DNA of 34,519 nt from Flavobacteriales bacterium (GCA_043752145.1 JAYUZA010000164.1:1-34519), one strand, 5' to 3'; counted from the first letter of the stretch, positions 8,365 to 17,078 are shown. The notes: a model not told the origin generated them from the sequence alone. Translations and numbers: made by a program.

Positions 8365-9303
8365 ATGAAAATAGTCGCTCCCATATTATTTGCGCTTCTT
8401 TTATTTTCCTGCTCTGACGAAAAGAAAAAGGAATTTAATTTTTCGGAAACGAAGAAGAAATTAATTCCATTGCATGAAAAAATGGGAGCACCTGAGCCCG
8501 GCTCATGGCTCTCTTTTCACGCTGAAACAAATATTACCCTTAAGCAATATCAAAAACTTAAACCGATCCGGAAAGATTCTGTACGTAATAAGATCTATAT
8601 ATTACCCTTTGGTGATTTTGACAGCACCGAATCAAAATTAGTTTTAGGAACAGCTGAGTATTTAAATGTATTTTTTGGTTTAGAGGTCGTAGTACTCGAC
8701 AATTTTAGCGATTCTATTGTGCCTTTTGAAAACACCCGCACTTCCTACATGCCCGTTTTTACCAACGAAACGCTTGGAACTACTTCCAATAGATATTGGG
8801 TTGATACACTAACGGTTCAGCTACAAACAAAATTTATTCTGTATGAGGTTCTTAAACCTTCATTGCCCAATGACGCAGTAGTAATGATCGCCTTGTGCGA
8901 TAAAGATCTTTATCCGGATGAAACGTACAATTTTGTTTTTGGTCAGGCATCCCTCAAAGACCGTGTTGGTGTATGGTCCTTTGCTCGTTTCGGTGATCCA
9001 CACGATAAAGAACAGTTTACTTCCGTTCTCTTACGGACATTAAAAACCGCAAGCCATGAAACGGGACATATGTTCTCTATCAAACATTGTTCACGTTACC
9101 ATTGCATAATGAACGGCAGTAATCATCTGGTAGAAACCGATCAGAAACCAACCTGGTTGTGTCCCGATTGCTTAGAAAAATTTTGCTGGAATTTCAATAT
9201 TGAAGCTAAGCCTTATTTTGAAAAGCTGAGATCTTTTTGGAAAAAACTGGGAATTAAACAAGTGGTTGAAGGATACGACAACTTCATTACAACATTCAAG
9301 TAG
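8365..9303 (+). CDS. Archaemetzincin-like (peptidase M54) zinc metalloprotease, predicted lipoprotein
   Basis: HETGHMFSIKHCSRYHCIM...LCPDC fits the archaemetzincin signature HExxHxxGxxxCxxxxCxM...CxxC, with Ser in place of the Gly. The N-terminus MKIVAPILFALLLFS|CSDEK carries a lipobox. Confidence 0.78.
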   Translation: MKIVAPILFALLLFSCSDEKKKEFNFSETKKKLIPLHEKMGAPEPGSWLSFHAETNITLKQYQKLKPIRKDSVRNKIYILPFGDFDSTESKLVLGTAEYLNVFFGLEVVVLDNFSDSIVPFENTRTSYMPVFTNETLGTTSNRYWVDTLTVQLQTKFILYEVLKPSLPNDAVVMIALCDKDLYPDETYNFVFGQASLKDRVGVWSFARFGDPHDKEQFTSVLLRTLKTASHETGHMFSIKHCSRYHCIMNGSNHLVETDQKPTWLCPDCLEKFCWNFNIEAKPYFEKLRSFWKKLGIKQVVEGYDNFITTFK

Positions 9304-9307
9304 AATT

Positions 9308-10591
9308 TTATTTTTTACTATACTTATCAGTATACTTTTTATAAAGCTCTTTTTGATGTGTATTTAGTGAAACCATATTCCCATTGATCCAAGCCATGAT
9401 CACATTGTTTGATTTAGGGTCAAGCGCATCGCCATCGGAAATAAAAAGTGTTGCCGATTTTTCGGGTTCCAATGAACCATATTGTTTATCTATCCCCAGA
9501 ATTTTTGCAACATTTAATGTAATGGCTTGTAAAGCCTGTTCCTTGGTAATACCATATGCAACACTGGTAGCCGCCTGAAACGGTAAATTCCGCATGTTAG
9601 TTGCTTCCTGATCACCTTCGGTTTGCATACAATATAAAATTCCTGCTTCCTGTAATAAAAAAGGTAGTTTATACGGAAGATCAATATCCTCATCATCTCT
9701 TAAAGGTAATTCATGAATTCTGCGCAGCATGACCGAAACATTGTTTTCCTTCATTAGTCCGGCAACCAAATAGGCTTCATATCCGCCAACGATCGATTTT
9801 TTAGCAATGCCCAATTCCTTACACATTAAAATTGCATCGGTAATTTCCTTTACTAAATTGGTATGCATATAAAGAGTTTGCGTACCGTTAAATAAGCCGC
9901 GCAAACTTTCAAAACGCACATCAATGGCATCGTACTTTTTTAAGTTACTATAAGCTTTGGCTTCCAATAAATACTTTTTGATCCCATCCAACTGGTTGGC
10001 ATATTCATTCACTGGTGGTGTTTCGCCTTCCTGTGTTTTTTTGCTTCTTCGCGTGGTAAAAAGCGGCCAGTTTAAGTGTATTCCATCATCAGCTTTAATA
10101 GTAGCGTCTTCCCAATTCCAACCGGCCGTAGCCATAATACTTGACGTTCCGCTTAACACACCACCGCGTGGTGTTGCCTGAACCAATAAAATTCCGTTTG
10201 AACGAACAGTAGGAATAATTTTAGAATCGGTGTTGTACGCAATTTGGGCACGCACATTCGGATTGTAAGTTCCCGTTTCAGCATCATCAATGGTTGAACG
10301 TGTGGATTCAATTTCAATAAGTCCAAGGGCTGAATTTGCACCGATAAATCCCGGATAAACGTGTTTACCTTCAATGTTGATCACGGTATCAAATTTTGTC
10401 ATGTCCAATTTAATGGTAAGGGCGTTTGCCACTAATGTGATCTTCCCGTTTTTAAACGCAATGGCCGAATTATTGATAACATCACCGTTACCCAAATGTG
10501 CCATGCCATTGAGTAATAAAACCGACTTGGTTTGTGCCGATGCATTTACAAAAAATGTAAGTGCAACTAAATATGTGAGTAGTTTTTGCAT
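9308..10591 (-). CDS. Secreted amidohydrolase-family protein (imidazolonepropionase-like COG1228 type), canonical HxH motif absent
   Basis: It has a signal peptide (MQKLLTYLVALTFFVNASAQ). The N-terminal composite-domain pattern is ...GKHVYPGFIGANSALGL..., where the family normally has ...PGfID.H.H. The C-terminal block ...ALQAITLNVAKILGIDKQYGSLEPEKSATLFISDGDALD is typical of the family. Its ATG shares 1 nt with the upstream stop (TAATG at 10589-10593). Confidence 0.78.
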   Translation of the reverse strand: MQKLLTYLVALTFFVNASAQTKSVLLLNGMAHLGNGDVINNSAIAFKNGKITLVANALTIKLDMTKFDTVINIEGKHVYPGFIGANSALGLIEIESTRSTIDDAETGTYNPNVRAQIAYNTDSKIIPTVRSNGILLVQATPRGGVLSGTSSIMATAGWNWEDATIKADDGIHLNWPLFTTRRSKKTQEGETPPVNEYANQLDGIKKYLLEAKAYSNLKKYDAIDVRFESLRGLFNGTQTLYMHTNLVKEITDAILMCKELGIAKKSIVGGYEAYLVAGLMKENNVSVMLRRIHELPLRDDEDIDLPYKLPFLLQEAGILYCMQTEGDQEATNMRNLPFQAATSVAYGITKEQALQAITLNVAKILGIDKQYGSLEPEKSATLFISDGDALDPKSNNVIMAWINGNMVSLNTHQKELYKKYTDKYSKK

Positions 10592-13500
10592 TAGTTATGT
10601 CCCTCCTCTTCTTCTTCACCAATGGTTTCGCAATGGTATTGTTTGTTTGTTTTTCGTATTGGCTTTACCGTTTTATCTCCATTGGCTTTAGCTTCCATCA
10701 TTTTTTTGATGAGGCGTAAACGTTCTGTGGTGTTCCTTTTTCGTAACTCAATGTCAAGGTCACGGTCAAAATATAAAATCCCGTCAACAAAGGTTTTTTC
10801 GGCTTTGGCGTATATGCTCAAAGGGTTATCGCTCCATATTACAACATCGCCATCTTTACCCGGTTTTAAACTTCCCATTTGCTTATCCAAATGCAACATT
10901 TTTGCAGGATTTAGCGTGACCATTTTCAAGGCATCTTCTTCACTCATGCCTCCGTATTTTACCGATTTACCGGCTTCCTGATTCAGTCTGCGTGCCATCT
11001 CTGCATCATCAGAATTAATGGCTACGTTCACCCCCACTTTATTTAAAATAGCTGCGTTGTAAGGAATTGCTTCATACACTTCAAATTTATATGCCCACCA
11101 GTCGCTGAAACTTGAAGCAGAAACACCGTGCGCTTTCATCTTATCGGCTACTTTATATCCCTCCAGAATATGTGTAAATGTATTTACTTTGAAACCCATA
11201 CTATCGGCCACGTGCATCAACATATTTATTTCTGATTGAACATATGAATGACATGTTATGAAACGCTTACCCGCTAATATTTCCAACATGGTTTCATTTT
11301 CCAGGTCCCTGCGCGGCTGATCGATCTTTAACTGTTTAGATTTGGCCAATCGCTCGGTATATCCTTTCCGTTCGGCATCGTACGCTTTAGCTCTATAAAA
11401 TCCATCGTAAAATACCTGTTCAACTCCCATTCGTGTTTGTGGATAACGATTTGTAACAGTGCCCCAGTTTGACTGCTTCACGTTTTCGCCTAAAGCAAAT
11501 TTTATAAATCCATCTGCACCTTTAATTTTCATTTCTTCGGGCGTTAATCCCCAACGCAATTTAATAATTGCACTTTGCCCACCTATGGGATTTGCCGAAC
11601 CATGTAAAAGTTGTGCAGCAACTACGCCCCCCGAAAGCTGACGATAAATATTAATGTCATCTGAATTTACCACATCGCCAATGCTCACTTCGGCACTTAC
11701 AGTTTGTCCACCTTCATTTACACCGGCCGAAATTGCAATGTGTGAATGCTCATCAATAATACCACTGGTAATGTGTTTTCCGGTTGCATCAATTTCAATT
11801 ATCTTTCCGGCCGGCTTTGTTAGATTTTTTCCAACCTGCAAAATTTTACCGTCCTTTATAATTACATCCGCGTTTCTTAAAATGCCATCGGCTTCATTTG
11901 TCCAAACCGTTGCGTTCTTTAAAAAATAAGTTTGCGTGGTTGGTATTGAATCAAAACCATAGGCCATGTTTGGAAAATATGTTTTTGCAACAAATTTTCC
12001 AACAAATACCGAATCCGTTGTTGTTGTTTTCTTTTTGTTTTCTTCTTTGAATTTATCTTTTCGGATAGCCGTCCAGCGAATAACTTTTCCGTCTGCTGTT
12101 TGTCCGTTACCATCCCATGAGCCTGAATCAAAATTAATGGTTCCTGAAAGTCTTACCGGACCTTTATAATTTTTATCTTTCGCGATAAAACTAACGGATA
12201 TGGTATTAACGTCTTTTTTAATCGTTGCGGTTGCCTTAATTGTATCGGACTTTACTTCGGCCGTTGGGTTGTTAATATCGCCTTTAATACTTAATGAATA
12301 ATTTATCTGATCGATATTTAAACTGTATTCACCTCGTAGATCCAACTGATCAATTTCTTTCAATTCAAAACGCTTACCACGCACCCAGTTTTCCTGAATA
12401 ATGCATTTATCATTAAAAAGTGATTCGTTAGTAATAATAAAATTCGCGAATTTTAATTTATCCAATGTTCCAAGCATATCCTGAACGCCCATTAGTGCTG
12501 CGGGAGTTTCTGTAAGGGCCTTTAAAGCTTCAGCTTCGGGCAAACCGAAAGTCACAGTTTTTTTAAGGTTGGCTAAAAATGTAGATTTTTCCTTCAAACC
12601 ATCAAGTGTGAAACAAAACTGAATCCCGTTCTTATATAATTGTGCAGCATTTGCGGGCGCAAGTTCCCAGTGCTTTAATTCAGCCAAGGTTATGTTTTGT
12701 GCATCGTAGTAGTCCTCCACATCCATTGCTTCGGGAAAATTCAGGGGAACAATCAATGGTGAGTTCAACGCTTTTACTTCATTTATTCGTTGATATTCAT
12801 TTCCACTTGTTTTATAAATGAATTTTAATCCGAATTCAGTCGCGATTTTATGGGCTCTTAAAATATTGTATTTATCGTTGGCTTCAAAAATATTTACCAA
12901 TTGTGCATTTTCGATCATCGCCTGTAACGAAGGGTTGAATTCCGTTTTACTTCCGCCATTTTCATACCATGTTTTATCGTAATGGGTTTGACGCATCAAG
13001 GCAATGTATCCCATCAACGAAGATGGATAGGACTGCTGACTTGTACCTTTGCGAAATGAATAATTATTGGATATTTTTTGTTTAAGCACACTCAGGTTTT
13101 CTTTTTCATCATTTAATACAGTAAGCAAACCGGTTGCACGCATCAATCCGTCCTGATAATGGGTTAACACGGTTCCGAAACCAATATTGCGCAACTCCTT
13201 TGCTGAAACGGGTTCGTTCTTAAATACATCAATTGAATTTGCTTCGGGATGGACTGATTCATTCCAGTTCGATACGCCCTTTTTTGTTGTTTCGACTTGT
13301 TCACGGGTGCCAAGAACACCACGTTTAATTTCGGGCATTCCATAAGCCGAATACAAATCAATAAATGAAGGATAAATATGCTTTCCTTTCAGATCGATTA
13401 TGACTGCATTTTTCGGAATATTAATTCCCTTCCCTACTTCCGTAATTTTTTCTTTCTCAATAAGCAAAGTACCGTTCTCTATTACTTTAGTTGAACTAAC

Positions 13501-13641
13501 ATGGATCGTAGCATTTGTTAAAGCGAAAATTCCCGGCTGATTATATTTGGGTTCATCCTTTGGGAATGTGGTTTGAGCCATTATTTTTTGATTAAACAAA
13601 ATAATGCAGGCGAATAAAATGATGCGGTAAATTTTCCTCAT
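10591..13641 (-). CDS. Large secreted two-module amidohydrolase-family protein
   Basis: I place the start at ATG 13641 (MRKIYRIILFACIILFNQKIMAQ signal peptide). The track's extension to 13743 would overlap the DinB gene. The N-terminal module has ...GKHIYPSFIDLYSAYGM (degenerate HxH). The C-terminal module has ...GKHITSGIIDEHSHIAIS (intact HxH), plus CHSY, FTHILEG and AINSDD blocks and ...ALKMVTLNPAKMLHLDKQMGSLKPGKDGDVVIW. Confidence 0.8.
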   Translation of the reverse strand: MRKIYRIILFACIILFNQKIMAQTTFPKDEPKYNQPGIFALTNATIHVSSTKVIENGTLLIEKEKITEVGKGINIPKNAVIIDLKGKHIYPSFIDLYSAYGMPEIKRGVLGTREQVETTKKGVSNWNESVHPEANSIDVFKNEPVSAKELRNIGFGTVLTHYQDGLMRATGLLTVLNDEKENLSVLKQKISNNYSFRKGTSQQSYPSSLMGYIALMRQTHYDKTWYENGGSKTEFNPSLQAMIENAQLVNIFEANDKYNILRAHKIATEFGLKFIYKTSGNEYQRINEVKALNSPLIVPLNFPEAMDVEDYYDAQNITLAELKHWELAPANAAQLYKNGIQFCFTLDGLKEKSTFLANLKKTVTFGLPEAEALKALTETPAALMGVQDMLGTLDKLKFANFIITNESLFNDKCIIQENWVRGKRFELKEIDQLDLRGEYSLNIDQINYSLSIKGDINNPTAEVKSDTIKATATIKKDVNTISVSFIAKDKNYKGPVRLSGTINFDSGSWDGNGQTADGKVIRWTAIRKDKFKEENKKKTTTTDSVFVGKFVAKTYFPNMAYGFDSIPTTQTYFLKNATVWTNEADGILRNADVIIKDGKILQVGKNLTKPAGKIIEIDATGKHITSGIIDEHSHIAISAGVNEGGQTVSAEVSIGDVVNSDDINIYRQLSGGVVAAQLLHGSANPIGGQSAIIKLRWGLTPEEMKIKGADGFIKFALGENVKQSNWGTVTNRYPQTRMGVEQVFYDGFYRAKAYDAERKGYTERLAKSKQLKIDQPRRDLENETMLEILAGKRFITCHSYVQSEINMLMHVADSMGFKVNTFTHILEGYKVADKMKAHGVSASSFSDWWAYKFEVYEAIPYNAAILNKVGVNVAINSDDAEMARRLNQEAGKSVKYGGMSEEDALKMVTLNPAKMLHLDKQMGSLKPGKDGDVVIWSDNPLSIYAKAEKTFVDGILYFDRDLDIELRKRNTTERLRLIKKMMEAKANGDKTVKPIRKTNKQYHCETIGEEEEEGHN

Positions 13642-13687
13642 AAGTATAAAGTACTGAAAAGTAATAAATTTATTTAACTGGCCATTC

Positions 13688-14128
13688 CTATTCTTGAAAA
13701 ATTGCTTTAAAATGATGTGCAAGGTGCTCAACATAGTCCTCAATAATGAATTGAAGGCTTAAAACACCAAATTCGGGAAATTTAGCTGTATTGCTTAATT
13801 TGGTATGGTCCACACGTTTAAGTAAATGAACAATGTGTTGATTGGTCGTACGCCAAAGTTCAACAATGATATTCCATTCGAGATCCTGATACCGTTGAAT
13901 TGCCACCCAGTCATTTTGCTTGTATTGAAGCAGCTCAATATTATTATCAATTTGCATGCGCACAAATCGCTGATGGTTGTTAAAAGCCGAATCGGTCAGA
14001 TGTCCAAGAATTTCCTTTTTGCTCCATTTTGACGGAGATGCTTTTTTTGAAACGTCCTGAACCGACAATTGTTTGAGCCTAATGCTGTTTTCAGCCAAAA
14101 TTTTCTCTAGTTTTAAAACGGCCTCCAC
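13688..14128 (-). CDS. DinB-family (DinB_2/YfiT-like four-helix-bundle) protein
   Basis: Its size is 146 aa. Histidine-containing motifs are spaced as in DinB-like proteins: HLTDSAFNNHQRF near the N-terminus and EDYVEHLAHH near the C-terminus. It begins 2 nt after the histidine kinase stop. Confidence 0.65.
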   Translation of the reverse strand: MEAVLKLEKILAENSIRLKQLSVQDVSKKASPSKWSKKEILGHLTDSAFNNHQRFVRMQIDNNIELLQYKQNDWVAIQRYQDLEWNIIVELWRTTNQHIVHLLKRVDHTKLSNTAKFPEFGVLSLQFIIEDYVEHLAHHFKAIFQE

Positions 14129-14130
14129 GA

Positions 14131-15477
14131 TCAGAATTTTAAAATGAATGTTTTTCCTATTTCAACCTGTTGATTAAGCATAATAGTTCCTGAATTATTA
14201 ATTACCAATTGACGTGTAAGCGTTAAACCAATACCGCTACCCTTTTCCTTTGTAGAGAAAAATGGCATGAATATTTTATCTAAAATATCCTGTGGAATTT
14301 TTTTGCCATTGTCGTAAATGCTGATCTCAATGCGATTTTTACTTGTATAGGCCGAGAGTTGAATTCGTGCATCAGACATGTCGGTTAAAACATCCGATGC
14401 GTTTTTTATTAAATTAATAATAGCTTGCTCCAATTGATCTATATCACAAAACAATTCCAGTTTCTCGTCTTCCAGTTTTATAACAAAATCGACATGATTG
14501 TTTAACATACTGTCACCGTACAATGTTTGAATGCGATCGAAAAGATCGCGAATGTTGAAATTCTCTTTTTTAGGCGAGGGCAAACGAGTAAGTCGCCTGT
14601 AGGTTTCAACGAATTCGGAAAGACTACTGCAACGATTACCAATAGCCTCCAATCCGCGTTTTACATCGTGCAGTGTTTCTTTTGAGATGGTTATATTTTC
14701 CTTTATTTCTTCATTCACCAATTCCTTTAAGGTTCCCGATAAAGATGAAATGGGTGTTATGCTATTCATGATCTCGTGCGTAATGATACGAACAAATTTT
14801 TGCCATATTTCAATTTCATGCACTTCAAGTTCGGTACGCAAGTTTTGCAACATGATCAAATTGCATGAAGTCTTACCATAGGAAATAAAATGCCTGCGCA
14901 CCGAGATATGTACATCTTCACCACTGGCATTCATGAATTTGAATAGCTCCTGTTGGCCGTCACTCAAACCCAAAATTATTTTAAATAATTTGGGATGTGA
15001 GCGGCTGAGAAAATTAATCTCAGGCATGAATTCAATTCCGGTTAAACGTTTTGCCGCCTGATTAAGCAAAATTACTTTTCCCTGCTCCTCCTCATAACAA
15101 ATAAGTGAAACAGGAACATGTTCAATTACATGTTGTAAAAAAAAATGGTTTTGTTCCTTTTCGGTTCTTAAGCGTTGAAACTCCTGTGTTATTAAATTAA
15201 ATGTTTCACGTAATTCCCGCAAACTTTTTTCAGGATGCGGAGCGTATTTTTGTGAATAGTCGCCATACTTTATTGACAATAAAAAATGATTGAGATCTTT
15301 GTTGGTCTTGTTTGCAAATCGGAAAAATTCAACCACCAGGAAAAAAAAGATAATGCAAATAATAAGTGTTGTATAGTAAAATCCGAAGTAATACAAACAC
15401 AAAGCCGCCAACATTGACGTTGTAACCAATAAGATCAAACGGGCAAATATCTTAAATCGAAAACTGTTAAAGTTCAT
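14131..15477 (-). CDS. Sensor histidine kinase (2 TM, linker, PAS, HisKA, HATPase_c), NtrB/NtrY/AtoS-like
   Basis: The H-box is ITHEIMNSITPISSL, the N-box is LIKNASDVL, and the G-boxes are DNGKKIP...FFSTKEKGSGIGLTLTRQL. I place the start at ATG 15477 (MNFNSFRFKIFARLILL...), which overlaps the regulator gene end by 11 nt. Confidence 0.85.
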   Translation of the reverse strand: MNFNSFRFKIFARLILLVTTSMLAALCLYYFGFYYTTLIICIIFFFLVVEFFRFANKTNKDLNHFLLSIKYGDYSQKYAPHPEKSLRELRETFNLITQEFQRLRTEKEQNHFFLQHVIEHVPVSLICYEEEQGKVILLNQAAKRLTGIEFMPEINFLSRSHPKLFKIILGLSDGQQELFKFMNASGEDVHISVRRHFISYGKTSCNLIMLQNLRTELEVHEIEIWQKFVRIITHEIMNSITPISSLSGTLKELVNEEIKENITISKETLHDVKRGLEAIGNRCSSLSEFVETYRRLTRLPSPKKENFNIRDLFDRIQTLYGDSMLNNHVDFVIKLEDEKLELFCDIDQLEQAIINLIKNASDVLTDMSDARIQLSAYTSKNRIEISIYDNGKKIPQDILDKIFMPFFSTKEKGSGIGLTLTRQLVINNSGTIMLNQQVEIGKTFILKF

Positions 15478-16831
15478 ACTTTTCAATTCTCCTGTATAAA
15501 GCTGCACGGGTAAGTCCAAGTTCTTTGGCCGCGCGACTAATATTTCTATTATACATACCTAGCGCTTTTACAACAGCCGATCTTTCAATTTCATCCAAAT
15601 TTAATGAATCACTATTTCTATCAATTTCCTTATACGTCTCGGGAACAAGATAAGCAATTTCGGGTTCATTACCTTCGGTAAGAATAACTGCCCGTTCAAT
15701 GGCGTGTTGTAATTCCCTTACATTACCGGGCCACGAATATTTTTTTAATGCGTTAATGGTTTCGGTACTGAATTTCATTCCCTGACGCTGATACTTTTTT
15801 GCATAAAGTTCCAAATAATGGCTTGCAATTAAAGCAATGTCCTCAACACGCTCCCGTAAAGGTGGCATACATAATTCAACCGTGTTGATGCGATAAAGAA
15901 GATCGCGTCTGAACTGACCATTGTCCAACATTTCCTGCAAAGGCATATTAGTTGCACAAATAAGGCGCACATCAATACTGCGCACCTGATTACTTCCCAA
16001 ACGTATTACCTGGCGGTTTTGCAAAACAGACAATAATTTACTTTGCATGTTCAATGAAAGATTTCCGATCTCATCTAAAAACAAAGTCCCGCCCGAAGCC
16101 ATTTCAAATCTTCCGGGACGATCTTCCTTTGCATCGGTATAAGCGCCCTTAACGTAACCAAATAATTCACTCTCAAAAAGGGATTCGGGTATTGAACCCA
16201 GATCAACTTTTACAAAAACTTCGTGCCTGCGGGCCGATGAATTGTGTATTTGTCGAGCGGCAACTTCCTTTCCGGTTCCGTTCTCTCCCAACAACAAAAT
16301 ATTTGCTTCCGTAGCAGCGACTTTTTTAAGCTTTTCAATTAATTTACGCATAAGTAAATTACTTCCCAAGAGTTCGCTCAATTCGCCATCATCAGCTTTT
16401 ACAAATGCTTTTTGTTTTTCTTCCAGTTCACTAACCTTTTGCTTGTTGCGGCTTAATTCAAAAGCAGCCATTACAGTTGCAATTAACTTTTCATTCTGCC
16501 AGGGTTTCAACACAAAATCCATAGCGCCTGCACGGATCGTTTTCACAGCAAGATCCACGTCACCAAAAGCGGTGATCATGACCACAACCGTTTCGGGGCG
16601 CTGTTGCTTAATGCGTTTTAACCAATGCAGTCCCTCGCCTCCTGTATTTTCACCTCTGCTAAAATTCATGTCGAGCAGAACTACATCGTACGCATTGAAT
16701 CGCAAATGCGCGAATGCAGTTGCGGGATCATCGTAGGTGGCAACGATTTTAAAATATTTTTTTAATAAAAGCTCGGCTGACAACAAAATATCGGCATTGT
16801 CTTCGATGATCAAAATCTTACCTTGGTTCAT
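15467..16831 (-). CDS. Sigma-54-dependent response regulator (REC, AAA+ EBP, Fis-type HTH), NtrC family
   Basis: REC: KILIIEDN...VVLLDMNF...VLKPW. AAA+: Walker A GENGTGKE, Walker B TLFLDEIG, ESELFGY, and loop GAYTDA at the GAFTGA position. C-terminal HTH: NISRAAKELGLTRAALYRRIEKYEL. The start is either ATG 16831 (MNQGKILIIED) or ATG 16852. The track's extension to 16954 looks non-coding. Confidence 0.9.
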   Translation of the reverse strand: MNQGKILIIEDNADILLSAELLLKKYFKIVATYDDPATAFAHLRFNAYDVVLLDMNFSRGENTGGEGLHWLKRIKQQRPETVVVMITAFGDVDLAVKTIRAGAMDFVLKPWQNEKLIATVMAAFELSRNKQKVSELEEKQKAFVKADDGELSELLGSNLLMRKLIEKLKKVAATEANILLLGENGTGKEVAARQIHNSSARRHEVFVKVDLGSIPESLFESELFGYVKGAYTDAKEDRPGRFEMASGGTLFLDEIGNLSLNMQSKLLSVLQNRQVIRLGSNQVRSIDVRLICATNMPLQEMLDNGQFRRDLLYRINTVELCMPPLRERVEDIALIASHYLELYAKKYQRQGMKFSTETINALKKYSWPGNVRELQHAIERAVILTEGNEPEIAYLVPETYKEIDRNSDSLNLDEIERSAVVKALGMYNRNISRAAKELGLTRAALYRRIEKYEL

Positions 16832-16940
16832 TCGTGGGAAATTTGAAACCATCTTAGTCAAATTATATGCCTTAATTAAAAAAAAATCTGAAAGCCCTGA
16901 TAATCCTGCGAGAGCAAGATTTTTAGGATGGATAAATGTA

Positions 16941-16952
16941 GTGTTTAAACAC
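16941..16952. promoter_or_regulatory. Perfect 12-bp palindrome, candidate enhancer (UAS) site for the sigma-54 activator
   Basis: The sequence is GTGTTTAAACAC. It lies ~110-120 bp upstream of the -24 element at 17063, in the divergent control region. Confidence 0.25.
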
Positions 16953-17010
16953 AAAATGTGTACTAAAACCGAACTTTTTTTGTATCAAAAACGGACATAT
17001 TTTTTCACAT

Positions 17011-17028
17011 CAAAAAACATGTTTTTTG
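17011..17028. promoter_or_regulatory. Perfect 18-bp A6/T6 palindrome between the candidate UAS and the sigma-54 promoter (possible bend or architectural-protein site)
   Basis: The sequence is CAAAAAACATGTTTTTTG, which is exactly self-complementary. It lies 35-52 bp upstream of the -24 GG. Confidence 0.3.
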
Positions 17029-17062
17029 CATAACACGCTGATAATTATTAAATTACCTGTTA

Positions 17063-17078
17063 TGGCACAATCTTGGCC
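17063..17078 (+). promoter_or_regulatory. Sigma-54 (-24/-12) promoter candidate for the efflux operon
   Basis: TGGCACAATCTTGGCC compared with consensus TGGCAC-N5-TTGCW. The -24 half TGGCAC is perfect and the GG-N10-GC spacing is exact. There is one mismatch in the -12 half (TGGC for TTGC). It ends 16 nt before ATG 17094, and a sigma-54 activator gene is encoded divergently. Confidence 0.55.

Noticed and set aside
10374-10981. Plus-strand ORFs (105 and 119 aa) spanning the amidohydrolase gene junction
   Set aside because: They lie antisense to two well-supported, translationally coupled minus-strand genes. Their hydrophobic shadow translations resemble other antisense artefacts such as 11459-11929, 11966-12169 and 9384-9578.
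13663-13674. 12-bp AT-only palindrome AATAAATTTATT between DinB and the large amidohydrolase, considered as a terminator
   Set aside because: It has no G/C stem and no flanking T-tract, so it is too weak to be an intrinsic terminator. This absence is part of the argument for read-through.
16242-16736. 164-aa plus-strand ORF inside the response-regulator gene
   Set aside because: It lies antisense to a gene with unambiguous REC and AAA+ motifs. Its translation is S/A/F-rich with no recognisable features, which is typical of a shadow ORF.
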